Source: Bacillus phage AR9. Taken from it: a stretch of 40,000 bases of DNA. Within the stretch, counting starts at the first letter, position 1; each line of letters begins with the position of its first letter. Below, piece after piece: positions 19,036-28,823 of the stretch. The stretch is taken from the sequence record KU878088.1. One strand, written 5' to 3'. The notes beneath the pieces are model-generated. The model saw nothing but the letters and a program-made list of their open reading frames with translations, did no database searches and was not told the DNA's origin. The position numbers and the translations under genes are program-made.

Positions 19036-19066
19036 TCTTATTACATAATTAGGAGGATAATTTAAA

Positions 19067-19348
19067 ATGGAAAAACAATATTTTTTAGAATTCGTTCATA
19101 ACACTATTAAAGAAAATCCTGATTGGTTGGGAGAGGCAGTTCTTTATATGCAGGATGGTCTTAAAAGATCATTAGAAGAAGAAAGACAAAAAAGAAATGA
19201 TGCTGAATATGCATTAGTAATGGCATATGATATGTTAAGCGAGAAAAAATTAAATAGCCGCCCAGCCAATCATATTGCTATTAAGAAAGTATTAAAAAAT
19301 AGTTCTGCTTTTCAAGGTACTGCTTTTGTAGAAGAATTAGATGTATAA
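19067..19348 (+). CDS. hypothetical protein
   Basis: 93-aa ORF with taggagg RBS. Confidence 0.65.
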   Translation: MEKQYFLEFVHNTIKENPDWLGEAVLYMQDGLKRSLEEERQKRNDAEYALVMAYDMLSEKKLNSRPANHIAIKKVLKNSSAFQGTAFVEELDV

Positions 19349-19412
19349 TATAGGAAATAATTTCAATATAAATGAAATATAACAACAAAAAATTTTAAAG
19401 GAGGAATTAACA

Positions 19413-21458
19413 TTGGATAAACTTAAAATTCAGAAGTTCATTATGAGTCTTAAACAAAAGAAAAATTTGAGTGTAGAGAAATTAGAAGAGGTCAAATCAT
19501 TTCTAGATAAGGCTTCAGAAGCCTATTATAACACTGGTCAAGAAATCTTATCTGATGATGAATTTGATGCCATTGCCAGAGAATTTAAACGTTTAGGTGG
19601 TAAATTAGATGTAGGTGCTAATCCACCTAAAGGAAAAGGAACAGTAGATGTATCTCATACATTTGCTGAGTTAGTTGGTACATTAGATAAAACAAATTTT
19701 ATTTATGAAAAGAATGTTGATGATCCAAGCAAGAAGAGCGTAGAAGAATGGCTAAACAATATTATCAAAAAGTTAGGGAATGATAAAGAATTTAGTCTAG
19801 GTATCAGTTTTAAATTTGATGGTAATTCGGTTGTTATTGAATATAAAGATGGAAAAGTAGTTAGAGCATTAACAAGAGGTAGAAATGGTTTGGGAATGGA
19901 TTTAACTCATGTCTTCAAAGATCATACTATTAAAAGAAAAGATCATGTAGGAATCAAATATGAAATCATTATTCCTTGGAAACGTTATGAAGACTTAATG
20001 AAAGATACTGGTGTATCATATGCTAATCCTAGATCATTAGTATCTGGTAAATTAGGTGACGATAATGCTTATGAGTATTATAAATATATGGAATTAGTTC
20101 CGTTATGGGTAAAACCTTACAATTCAACAATGGAAAGAACTGAACAGTTAGAATTTATTGAAGAAGCATTTGGGGAAGATAATAGTTTATTCAGTGATTA
20201 TAGATTGATTGAAGGAGTAACAGGAAATAATTTAACTCCTTTTATGGAAGAATTAGAAGATATGTATGAAAAATATAATATTGAAAGATATAATCTTCCA
20301 TTTATGATAGATGGTTTAGTTATTGAAGTATTAGAAGAAGATATTAGAAATACATTAGGGTATGTAAATGATGAACCTAACTGGGCGACTGCTTTAAAAT
20401 TCCCTTATATGGAAAAAACTACTACTGTAACTGATTTTGATTTTACATTAGGTGACTCAGGAATTATTACTGCAAGAGTCTGGTATGAACCAGTAACTTT
20501 TAATGGAACTGAACACCGAAAACAATCTCTTCAGAACTATAAAAGATTTAAAGAGTTAGGTTTAGGAATTGGTAGTCAAATTCTAGTTCAGTATCGCAAT
20601 GATTGTCTCAGCTATGTCGTTCCAATTTTAAATGAACACAATAAAAATATTTCTCCTCATCCTTATACTGATAAATGTCCAGTATGTGGCGGTGAAGTTG
20701 GAATTACTAAAACTGGAGCATTTGCATATTGTAAGAATGAAACATGTGAGGGTAAAACAGTAGGCAAAATTCAGAACTATTTGACTAAGATGGATATTAA
20801 AGGAATTAAAGAATCAACTATTGTCAAACTTCATAATGCAGGATTAGTAAAAAGTATCACTGATCTTTATACAATGGATTATGGAAAGATTGCTGAAGTA
20901 GACGGTTTAGGAGCAATTGCTTCAATTAATATTAGTGGTGCTATTAATAGTAAAATTCCATATGACTATGAAATTATTGGTGCATTAGGTATTAGTAGTT
21001 TTTCCACATCCAAAGCTAAAGAACTTTGTAAAGTATTTTCTGTTCAAGAAATGCTTGATATACTTGAGAGTTATTATCCTGAAAATTTAATTAACAGTAT
21101 CACTCAGCAAGAAGGATTTTCTGATATTACTGCTAACTATATTGTAGAGGGTTTACAAAAGAATAAAGAGACAATTGAATTTTTATTAAAAAGAGAACAT
21201 AAAGTCTTTAAAACAGAATATGAAAAAATGGCTGGAGTACAAGCTATGAAGATTGTTTTTACTAACTTCCGTGACGAAGCAATGCAAATTCAATTAGAGA
21301 TGGCTGGTCATAAAATTACAAGTGCAGTCTCAAGAAAAACTAATATTGTTGTAACCCCTAATCCAAACGGAAATACAGTTAAATTAAAGAAAGCAAGAGA
21401 ATATGGAATTCGAATTGTAAGTGTAGATGAGTTTAAAGAAGAAATGGGAATTAGCTAA
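19413..21458 (+). CDS. ligA: NAD-dependent DNA ligase
   Basis: YYNTGQEILSDDEFDAI, adenylation motif ISFKFDGNSVVIEY, GLGMDLTHVF, Zn-finger CPVCGGEVGITKTGAFAYCKNETC, C-terminal BRCT-like region. Confidence 0.95.
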   Translation: MDKLKIQKFIMSLKQKKNLSVEKLEEVKSFLDKASEAYYNTGQEILSDDEFDAIAREFKRLGGKLDVGANPPKGKGTVDVSHTFAELVGTLDKTNFIYEKNVDDPSKKSVEEWLNNIIKKLGNDKEFSLGISFKFDGNSVVIEYKDGKVVRALTRGRNGLGMDLTHVFKDHTIKRKDHVGIKYEIIIPWKRYEDLMKDTGVSYANPRSLVSGKLGDDNAYEYYKYMELVPLWVKPYNSTMERTEQLEFIEEAFGEDNSLFSDYRLIEGVTGNNLTPFMEELEDMYEKYNIERYNLPFMIDGLVIEVLEEDIRNTLGYVNDEPNWATALKFPYMEKTTTVTDFDFTLGDSGIITARVWYEPVTFNGTEHRKQSLQNYKRFKELGLGIGSQILVQYRNDCLSYVVPILNEHNKNISPHPYTDKCPVCGGEVGITKTGAFAYCKNETCEGKTVGKIQNYLTKMDIKGIKESTIVKLHNAGLVKSITDLYTMDYGKIAEVDGLGAIASINISGAINSKIPYDYEIIGALGISSFSTSKAKELCKVFSVQEMLDILESYYPENLINSITQQEGFSDITANYIVEGLQKNKETIEFLLKREHKVFKTEYEKMAGVQAMKIVFTNFRDEAMQIQLEMAGHKITSAVSRKTNIVVTPNPNGNTVKLKKAREYGIRIVSVDEFKEEMGIS

Positions 21459-21462
21459 TATA

Positions 21463-21497
21463 AAATAAAGAGATTCTATAATAGAATCTCTTTATTT
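21463..21497. terminator. Bidirectional hairpin terminator
   Basis: 16-bp stem AAATAAAGAGATTCTA / TAGAATCTCTTTATTT followed by T run. Confidence 0.9.
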
Positions 21498-21503
21498 TTT
21501 TTT

Positions 21504-22310
21504 TCAATTTACCATGGATATAATAGCACCATTAATAGATGATACAACTTTAGATAGAGATGCTAGTATTTTAGAATTAAGTTTAATTAATTCTGAGTGA
21601 ACATGAATGGAACTTGATCCAATGAGATAACTTAATTCATAGTTATCCATTCTTGAAATTCTTTCTTTAATTACAGAAAGATTATCTTTTAATTCTTTCA
21701 TTGTTCCTTCCACTTCAGCAATATTTTTATAAGATAATTTTAAGAATGTTAATAGTTTATCAATATCTTTTGTAGTATAAGATGAGCTACTTTTATTATC
21801 AAGTTTTTCACCAATTGATCGACTTAAACCATCTAAAGATACATCCATAGATGTTTTAAGAATACTAAATTGAGAAGGATCAGTAATGGTGGACATTCGA
21901 TTGTGACTATCCATTAGTTTTTTATAATAAGGATCATCTGAAAATGAACTAATAGTTTTTAATATTTTATCTGGATCAATTTCAATTGTAACTTTCTTTC
22001 CACTTGTAAAGTCACTTTCATGAATCTTCTTTTCTAATTCTGATGTCTTTTTGGCTAATTTAGAAGCAAATTTCTTAAGCTGTGTATTAATCCATTCTTT
22101 TATCCTCTGGATAAGTTCAGACAATTTTTTGATGATCTTTTTTAATCCATTAGATAAACCCTCATTAAGTAATTCAGTATTTTCTTTAAGTAGGTTATTG
22201 TGATGCTTGATAATTAAATTTCTTTCTTCAAGATTCATTTCATTAATTAAGTTCATTAAGAAAATGTTCTCTTCATTTAGGCTAATAAGAAAGTCGGTTG
22301 TTAAGTCCAT
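21504..22310 (-). CDS. hypothetical, possibly virion-associated helical protein
   Basis: 268-aa ORF with amphipathic helices and an N-terminal LNE|G motif. Confidence 0.65.
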   Translation of the reverse strand: MDLTTDFLISLNEENIFLMNLINEMNLEERNLIIKHHNNLLKENTELLNEGLSNGLKKIIKKLSELIQRIKEWINTQLKKFASKLAKKTSELEKKIHESDFTSGKKVTIEIDPDKILKTISSFSDDPYYKKLMDSHNRMSTITDPSQFSILKTSMDVSLDGLSRSIGEKLDNKSSSSYTTKDIDKLLTFLKLSYKNIAEVEGTMKELKDNLSVIKERISRMDNYELSYLIGSSSIHVHSELIKLNSKILASLSKVVSSINGAIISMVN

Positions 22311-22409
22311 AAATATAAACCTCCAATTTTATACTTTTTATTAAATTGTTCTAATAGAAATATAAATATATATTATTATACTGATCAATTTGTAAAGGAG
22401 AGAATTTCA

Positions 22410-22613
22410 ATGAGTTTATCTGATTCTATTGGAGTTGGAAGAGTAACAAAATTGGATAAGGATGAATTAAAAAGAGAACTTGAAAAATTCTATAATACTT
22501 CTAATCATCCTAAAAGAGAAAAATTATTTGAACTTGCTTGGGAATATGGACACGGTCATGGTAGTCATGAAGTGGATTTTTATTATGATGATTTAATTGA
22601 TCTTATTCGATAA
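22410..22613 (+). CDS. small hypothetical protein
   Basis: 67-aa ORF with aaaggagagaat RBS. Confidence 0.6.
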   Translation: MSLSDSIGVGRVTKLDKDELKRELEKFYNTSNHPKREKLFELAWEYGHGHGSHEVDFYYDDLIDLIR

Positions 22614-22628
22614 AAAGGAGAGAATAAA

Positions 22629-22775
22629 GTGAAAGAAAAAATCGGTATACTTTTAGAGAAGATTAAAGACATGAACATCAACTTTAATCATGGCGGTGTA
22701 AATATAGTTATTAATGAAGAAGGATTTAAATTAAATGTTGCTAAGAAGGAACAAAAGAAATTAGAGAATAAATAA
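22629..22775 (+). CDS. small protein (GTG start, 48 aa) missed by ORF track
   Basis: aaaaggagagaataaaGTG; VKEKIGILLEKIKDMNINFNHGGVNIVINEEGFKLNVAKKEQKKLENK. Confidence 0.45.
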   Translation: MKEKIGILLEKIKDMNINFNHGGVNIVINEEGFKLNVAKKEQKKLENK

Positions 22776-22848
22776 TTGGGAAATGAAAAATTAGGGAAGA
22801 ATATTCTTCCCTAATTTGTTTATACTAATATAAAAAGGAGGTTAATAT

Positions 22849-23385
22849 ATGTCTATTAATAGACAAGATGTAATTGACCAACTATGGGAAAGAAGATCAA
22901 ATGATTATGTGCTTAAAGATGATAGAGAAGAATTTGAGCTTGATGAAATAGTAAAAGTAACGCACCGTCATCAAATTTTTGAAAAAGATCTTCATGATGT
23001 TGAATTTAAATTACAGCATTTACTTGAAAGAAGTATTACATGTCCTATTTGTCAACCTAATACTCAGCATGAAGCTGGTGTAAAAGTCTTAAGAGATTAT
23101 TTTAAGAATAAACTTCAATTGGCAGATGAAGAAATTCAAGAAAAGGCTATTGAAACAGATAAAGGACATGTATTTGATTTTCTAATATTTGATCGTTTAG
23201 TAGTACATTATTTTGATCCATCTTATTATGTAAACTTTACAAGAGAATCAGATGAAATGGTAGATTTAATGGCAGAATTTGTTGATTCAGATGATTATGA
23301 TTTACTCCCCGTAAACTATGCTGATATTACCAATATTTTAGCAGGTGGAGATTTAGAGTTAAATCCAGATGAAGATGAAGAATGA
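22849..23385 (+). CDS. hypothetical protein with CPIC motif
   Basis: 178-aa ORF, aaaaaggaggt RBS; SITCPICQPNTQHEAG. Confidence 0.7.
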   Translation: MSINRQDVIDQLWERRSNDYVLKDDREEFELDEIVKVTHRHQIFEKDLHDVEFKLQHLLERSITCPICQPNTQHEAGVKVLRDYFKNKLQLADEEIQEKAIETDKGHVFDFLIFDRLVVHYFDPSYYVNFTRESDEMVDLMAEFVDSDDYDLLPVNYADITNILAGGDLELNPDEDEE

Positions 23386-23438
23386 CAGAAGGTTTAAATA
23401 AACCTTCTGTTATATTTATTTAAAGGAGAGAGGATTAG

Positions 23439-24242
23439 ATGATTACTAAAAGACAAGTTGAAAGGGTATTCAAAGTTGCTTTACAAGAACAAGGAAAGAA
23501 AAATGATTACATAAGAGAAATTGCAAGAAGTTATAAAGGGCATTTTAAAACATTTAACTTTTCTGATTTTGAAAATTTTGCAAAGAATTTAGATAATAAA
23601 ATGTATGAAAAAGCATTCAGAAAGTTTAAAAAAGATTTTAAAGATGATACATTAGAATTATATCTACCTTTTGATAATATGGAAATTATCTTTAATAATG
23701 GAGATGGTTTAGTTCCACTAGGTAAGAAAGAAAGATATGAGATTATTAGGATCTTCATTACAAAGATTAAAGGAACTATTTATATTACTTCACATATTCT
23801 TGATAATGAAGAAAAGAAATTATACAATAATTATATTACTTTAGAAAATGGTATTCTTGGAGGAATTCATGGTGAAGGAATGTTATCTGATAATTTAGCA
23901 TCATTTGATTTATTTGTAAATCTAATGGTATGGCTAGATTATATCAATGGAAGTTACAGTGTAAAAATTATTGATAATAAGAGTCTTCCAAGAGAAGAAA
24001 GAAGACGTGTTAAAAGGGAATATCAAAAAGCAAGTGGCACTATTAATTTAAACTCAAAAGAATTAATTAAAAGATATATTAGGGAAAAAGAATCAAATAA
24101 AAGAGGTAGTAAAATCACCAAGCAATTTGAAGTCAGAGGTCATTGGGTACACCGTAAAGATGGAACTAAATATTGGAGAAGAGGTTATGTAAAGGGTAAA
24201 CATTTAGAAGAGAAAACAAACAAAGATTATAATATTAGCTAG
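23439..24242 (+). CDS. hypothetical phage protein with C-terminal RGHWVHRKDGTKYWRRGYVKG tail
   Basis: 267-aa ORF with aaaggagagg RBS. Confidence 0.7.
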   Translation: MITKRQVERVFKVALQEQGKKNDYIREIARSYKGHFKTFNFSDFENFAKNLDNKMYEKAFRKFKKDFKDDTLELYLPFDNMEIIFNNGDGLVPLGKKERYEIIRIFITKIKGTIYITSHILDNEEKKLYNNYITLENGILGGIHGEGMLSDNLASFDLFVNLMVWLDYINGSYSVKIIDNKSLPREERRRVKREYQKASGTINLNSKELIKRYIREKESNKRGSKITKQFEVRGHWVHRKDGTKYWRRGYVKGKHLEEKTNKDYNIS

Positions 24243-24342
24243 GAGGCTTAATATTTGTTAATCAATAGTTATGTATTATTTAGAGATATCATTTTAGGAA
24301 TGCAATCTGGTTATAATGTAGTGGAAATAATTGTAAATTATA

Positions 24343-24603
24343 TTGCGGGAGAAAAATATGGAAAAACCAATTTTAGTACTTCTAGAAGGTGAGTATCACC
24401 GTAGAAAGAATATACTAGTAACTACCGATGTGAGAAAAGTTGCAAGGGAATATGTAATTTTATTATTAGAAGATGATTGGATAAATTATCCACATGTAGA
24501 AATTTGGAGGGATGGTCAGGAAATAAAATACTTTGATGAAAAAATTACAAATGAAAAAAAGTTAGTAAAGATATTAAGTAAATATGCATATAAGAAAGCA
24601 TAA
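24343..24603 (+). CDS. small hypothetical protein
   Basis: 86-aa ORF on the coding strand. Confidence 0.55.
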   Translation: MREKNMEKPILVLLEGEYHRRKNILVTTDVRKVAREYVILLLEDDWINYPHVEIWRDGQEIKYFDEKITNEKKLVKILSKYAYKKA

Positions 24604-24607
24604 TCAA

Positions 24608-24647
24608 GAAGTAATCATAGTAGACCTATATCTACTATGATTACTTC
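24608..24647. terminator. Bidirectional hairpin terminator
   Basis: 17-bp stem GAAGTAATCATAGTAGA / TCTACTATGATTACTTC between convergent genes. Confidence 0.9.
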
Positions 24648-24656
24648 ATTTTAAAT

Positions 24657-24953
24657 TTATTTTTTTAAAGGTTCTTGAAGGTGCTTTTTAAGTGTATCAA
24701 AAGTTTTAAATGAAGCTCGGCGTGAAGCAGGAATTGTCATTGGTTCACGAGTACTAGGGTTATGTCCTTCATAAGATTCACGATAAGTTACAGTGAATTT
24801 ACCAAGTTTAGGAATAGAAACAGTTGTTTCTTGTTCTTTGTTAACTTCTTTGTAGATCAATCCTACAAAAGCATTAAACATTTCCTCAGCTTGTTTTTTA
24901 GTAACTCCCGGTACTTCTTCTTTAATATGTTGTGCGATTTGATTGACATTCAT
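24657..24953 (-). CDS. HU/IHF-family DNA-binding protein
   Basis: NQIAQHIKEEVPGVTKKQAEEMFNAF...VSIPKLGKFTVTYRESYEGHNPSTREPMTIPASRRASFK. Confidence 0.92.
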   Translation of the reverse strand: MNVNQIAQHIKEEVPGVTKKQAEEMFNAFVGLIYKEVNKEQETTVSIPKLGKFTVTYRESYEGHNPSTREPMTIPASRRASFKTFDTLKKHLQEPLKK

Positions 24954-25298
24954 TATAATGTCCTCCTTAGAATTTATAATTTTTATTTTATCCTAAATCA
25001 ATATCTTATAAACAAGATTCTGATTAAGAATTTTTCTATAAATTTGTTCTAGAACCCACATATATTTTTTAATTTTTTCGAAAAATATATAGGGGAGAAC
25101 TATAGAAATTTATTTATATATTTGTTACATGCAAATTATAATATTTAAAAAGTTATGAAAATATATATTATTTATAAGATAAAATAAGTAATTAAAGGAG
25201 GTGTTTAAAATGTAAATTATATTAAAATCGGTATAATAGAAAGAGAGAATTTAAATTGGGAATATACAAGTAATACAAAAATTAGGAGGAATTTCAAC

Positions 25299-25553
25299 AT
25301 GACAAATTTATCTGACATCATTGAAAAAGAAACAGGAAAACAACTAGTGATTCAAGAATCAATTCTAATGTTACCAGAAGAAGTAGAGGAAGTAATTGGG
25401 AATAAACCAGAAAGTGATATTTTAGTTCATACTGCTTATGATGAAAGTACAGATGAAAATGTAATGCTATTAACTTCAGATGCTCCAGAATATAAACCTT
25501 GGGCTTTAGTAATTCAAGACAGTAATGGAGAAAATAAAATTAAAATGTTATAA
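25299..25553 (+). CDS. small hypothetical protein
   Basis: 84-aa ORF with ttaggaggaa RBS. Confidence 0.65.
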   Translation: MTNLSDIIEKETGKQLVIQESILMLPEEVEEVIGNKPESDILVHTAYDESTDENVMLLTSDAPEYKPWALVIQDSNGENKIKML

Positions 25554-25561
25554 GTATAAAT

Positions 25562-25593
25562 ATTAGTGTATAGGAATATTCCTATACACTAAT
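25562..25593. terminator. Perfect 32-nt palindrome after small gene
   Basis: ATTAGTGTATAGGAATATTCCTATACACTAAT, likely terminator. Confidence 0.7.
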
Positions 25594-25807
25594 AATTCTT
25601 TTATTAAAAAAAAATTTATTTTTATTTCCATTTCATTGAATTTTATGTTATAATAAGTAGAGAATTATAAATTATTCTCCTAACTTTTTATGTAAACTCA
25701 TAAAAATATAATATAGGTTTTGATAGGTAATAATATAAAATTAATATTATTATATATTAAATTTTAATAAAATAATTATATAATAATATTATAGGAGGAA
25801 AACATTT

Positions 25808-27298
25808 GTGATCAGTAATTTTAGAAAGTTTCATGGTAATAAGAATCAAGAAAAATTTAATGAAAATCTTATTCTTAATAAAGAGAATGAAAGTATTTTA
25901 AATTATTTAGATCCTATTTGTAAGACGTTAGAGATCATCCCAGAGATTACATATCTTGGATCATCTGTAGAACCAATTAATAAAGTATATAAATTTAATA
26001 AAGAAGAGAAGACATCTGATATTGAACGTTCAGAATTGCAATTAATTAAAATGTCCTTCCTTATTGAAAAAGATGATAAGAAAGAAGAAATAAATAAATT
26101 TATTTACTTTCCAAAATTAATTGATTCACAGTACTTTATTATTAATGGTAATAGATATTATCCAATCTATCAATTACTTGATAGTGGTACTTATCGTACT
26201 AATAAGGCTCTCACACTTAAAACATTACTTATGCCAATTGTTCTAAGAGAAAAGAAAGAGACATTTGATGATATTAATGGTGAAACACATACAATGTTAA
26301 ATGTTGATCTTGATTTATTTAAGAGTAAAGTTCCATTCTTAATATACTTCTTCTCTAAATTTGGATTTGAAGGAACTCTTGAATATTTTGGTTTACAAGA
26401 TTTAATTCATGTCTTAATGAAAGAAGATTTAGATCAATTGGATGAAGATGAAATTAATGATAATGTAATTTTTATGATTACTAAAAATATTTCCTTAGTT
26501 GTTGATAAGAATTTCTTTAGTAATAAAAATAATCAGATTATTATTGCCACATTACTTAACTGCTTTAATACTAGAATTAAAATTGATAAGATTTATGAAA
26601 AAGATTATTGGGTGAAGAAACTCGGTGGTTACTTTACTACTAATAATAGTAATAAGCAAGAAAAAGGAGAAGGAATTATTCTTTCATTTGAACGTATTCT
26701 TGATGAATGGACTAAGAAAATTTTGCGTACAGAGGAAAAGAATAAGGAAGATATTTATTCAGTAGTTAGATGGATGATTAATAATTATCTTGCTTTAGTA
26801 AAACAAGATAACATGAACTTGGCTAATAAGAGAATCAGACTATATGAGTATCTCTTACATCCATTACTAATCAAATTCAGTAAAGGTACTTATCGTGTTT
26901 TAAATAATCGTAATTCTAATAAGTTTGAGAAGATTAAAACGATTTTTAGTAACATCCAAGAAGGTTTCCTAGTAAAGAAAATTATCAATAATGAATTATT
27001 ACGTTATGATAATAGTGTAAATAGCATTAGTCTTTTCACGCTGATTCTAAGATATACACAATCTGGTCCACAAAGTCCTTTTAGTTCTAATAGTACAAAC
27101 AATAAACTTAGAGGACTTCATCCATCTTACTTAGGGAGATTAGGTTTAACTTCTACTTCTGCTGGTGATCCGGGAGCCAGTGGTTCTTTGACTCCTTTCT
27201 TAGAACTTCCTGAGAATAGTTATATGCATTTTACAGAAGAACCAGAAATTAATTTGAATATTGATGATATCTCAATTGATGAAGTTATTGAATCTTAA
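25808..27298 (+). CDS. Phage DNA-directed RNA polymerase beta subunit, N-terminal half
   Basis: IPEITYLGSS...FIYFPKLIDSQYFIINGNRYYPIYQ...RYTQSGPQSPFSSNSTNNKLRGLHPSYLGRLGLTSTSAGDPGASGSLTPF, parallels the RpoB fork-loop/HPSHYGRxCPIETPEGPNIG block. Confidence 0.82.
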   Translation: MISNFRKFHGNKNQEKFNENLILNKENESILNYLDPICKTLEIIPEITYLGSSVEPINKVYKFNKEEKTSDIERSELQLIKMSFLIEKDDKKEEINKFIYFPKLIDSQYFIINGNRYYPIYQLLDSGTYRTNKALTLKTLLMPIVLREKKETFDDINGETHTMLNVDLDLFKSKVPFLIYFFSKFGFEGTLEYFGLQDLIHVLMKEDLDQLDEDEINDNVIFMITKNISLVVDKNFFSNKNNQIIIATLLNCFNTRIKIDKIYEKDYWVKKLGGYFTTNNSNKQEKGEGIILSFERILDEWTKKILRTEEKNKEDIYSVVRWMINNYLALVKQDNMNLANKRIRLYEYLLHPLLIKFSKGTYRVLNNRNSNKFEKIKTIFSNIQEGFLVKKIINNELLRYDNSVNSISLFTLILRYTQSGPQSPFSSNSTNNKLRGLHPSYLGRLGLTSTSAGDPGASGSLTPFLELPENSYMHFTEEPEINLNIDDISIDEVIES

Positions 27299-27307
27299 TT
27301 ATAATAT

Positions 27308-27541
27308 TTGGGAGGAAAAATAATGAAAGATCTTATTGATGAGTTATATAGTGAAAAATGGTCGGCTGAAAATGAACTGAGTAAACAAAAAGATCATGTT
27401 AAAAATATTACGAATAAATTAAATAGAGAACTTATTCGTAAAGCCGCTTCTGACATTGTTAAATATTCTGATGAAGGAAAATTGGATAATTGGTCAGTAG
27501 AATTAGTTATAAATGATCTTCTATCTAAGATGAGAAACTAG
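27308..27541 (+). CDS. small hypothetical protein
   Basis: 77-aa ORF directly downstream; more likely start is the internal ATG after the aggaggaaaaata RBS. Confidence 0.6.
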   Translation: MGGKIMKDLIDELYSEKWSAENELSKQKDHVKNITNKLNRELIRKAASDIVKYSDEGKLDNWSVELVINDLLSKMRN

Positions 27542-27550
27542 ATAATACAA

Positions 27551-27576
27551 AAAGCCATACTAATTAGTATGGCTTT
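27551..27576. terminator. Hairpin terminator
   Basis: AAAGCCATACTA / TAGTATGGCTTT then T-rich tract. Confidence 0.85.
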
Positions 27577-27602
27577 ATTTTTTTAAAGGGAGAGCATTAA
27601 AA

Positions 27603-27998
27603 ATGAAAAAAGAAGGAAAACTTATTATTATAACTGGTGATTTAACTTATAGATCTGCTTATTCTTTATTTCCCGCATTTAATAATATTATTGATTTAAA
27701 TTCATTTCATCCTTTGCAATTTAAAGAATGTTTATTAGATATACTTGAGAGCATTAAAAATGGTTCAGAAATTCTTTTAATAATTAATAGTGATGTTGCT
27801 ATTAGTATTCTTAATAACATTCTTATTACTAATAGTAAAAATTATCCTCTAAATATAATAAAATTATATGAAATAAATAAGTTTGAAATGAAAGAAATTA
27901 GTTTTGGAAAATTAGGTTATGAAATTGAATGGATGAATGGTTTCTTAAATAACTTATTTGAAGAAACATTAGAAATTCAAGAAAAAATTAGTGAATAG
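27603..27998 (+). CDS. hypothetical protein
   Basis: 131-aa ORF; GKLIIITGDLTYRSAYSLFP start. Confidence 0.65.
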   Translation: MKKEGKLIIITGDLTYRSAYSLFPAFNNIIDLNSFHPLQFKECLLDILESIKNGSEILLIINSDVAISILNNILITNSKNYPLNIIKLYEINKFEMKEISFGKLGYEIEWMNGFLNNLFEETLEIQEKISE

Positions 27999-28082
27999 TT
28001 ATTTACCGTATTAAAAATATTTTTCAAGCATATATTATATTCCTGTAATACCAGACTATTTAAAAGAGGAGGAATATAATAT

Positions 28083-28427
28083 ATGCCTAACACCAAATCA
28101 GAACTGACAGAATTCAAAGATCCTCTACTGGTCACGAATCATTTCACAAAAGAAAAACGAATTTTTCTAAGAAAGACGCTTGGTGAAGATTATAGTATCC
28201 TAAGTAGCTCTGAACTTATTAATGAAATCGATAATGATCCATTAGAATTTCTTGATAGAAAGGGGGTTAATAAATACGATTTGGTAATATTTGATACTGG
28301 TAGTAATATAAATGAAAAAATTCTAGACTCAGTTTCCTCAAAACCACTAACTCTTCAAAGAACCACAAAAACTACTCCATCATTCAAGCTTCTAGAATTT
28401 CATAATGATAAATTTAATATAATTTAA
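28083..28427 (+). CDS. hypothetical protein
   Basis: 114-aa ORF, gaggaggaat RBS. Confidence 0.65.
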   Translation: MPNTKSELTEFKDPLLVTNHFTKEKRIFLRKTLGEDYSILSSSELINEIDNDPLEFLDRKGVNKYDLVIFDTGSNINEKILDSVSSKPLTLQRTTKTTPSFKLLEFHNDKFNII

Positions 28428-28430
28428 AAT

Positions 28431-28459
28431 AAAAGGATAATCTTAGTGATTATCCTTTT
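28431..28459. terminator. Hairpin terminator
   Basis: AAAAGGATAATC / GATTATCCTTTT. Confidence 0.82.
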
Positions 28460-28494
28460 TACATATTCAAAGATTTTAATGGGGGAATATTGGA

Positions 28495-28821
28495 ATGGAT
28501 ATTAATGGTAGAGTAATATTAGCCGCAATTGCGGTTATTGTGGGAGGTACAGTATTAATTAGTATAATACCTTTCTCAAGCTTTATAATTATTGCATGTA
28601 TAATAGGAGCTGTAATACCTTGGATTCTTCCTAGAAGGGATGAACAAATTCAACAATACAACCAAGAACAAGAGTATTATATAAAATTAGAAGAAGAGAA
28701 TTTAAAACTTAGAGAACAGTTAAACCTAGAAGAAGAAAACCTAAGATTAAAAGAAAGATTAAAACTAGAGGAAGAAAATCTAAAACTAAGAGAAGAATTA
28801 GAAAAATTAAAGGAGAAATAA
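28495..28821 (+). CDS. membrane-anchored coiled-coil protein
   Basis: Hydrophobic N-terminal hairpin VILAAIAVIVGGTVLISIIP...IIIACIIGAVIPWIL followed by LEEEN-containing repeats. Confidence 0.7.
   Translation: MDINGRVILAAIAVIVGGTVLISIIPFSSFIIIACIIGAVIPWILPRRDEQIQQYNQEQEYYIKLEEENLKLREQLNLEEENLRLKERLKLEEENLKLREELEKLKEK
28687..28803 (+). repeat. Three 39-nt coding repeats (13-aa period)
   Basis: LEEENLKLREQLN / LEEENLRLKERLK / LEEENLKLREELE. Confidence 0.8.
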
Positions 28822-28823
28822 AA

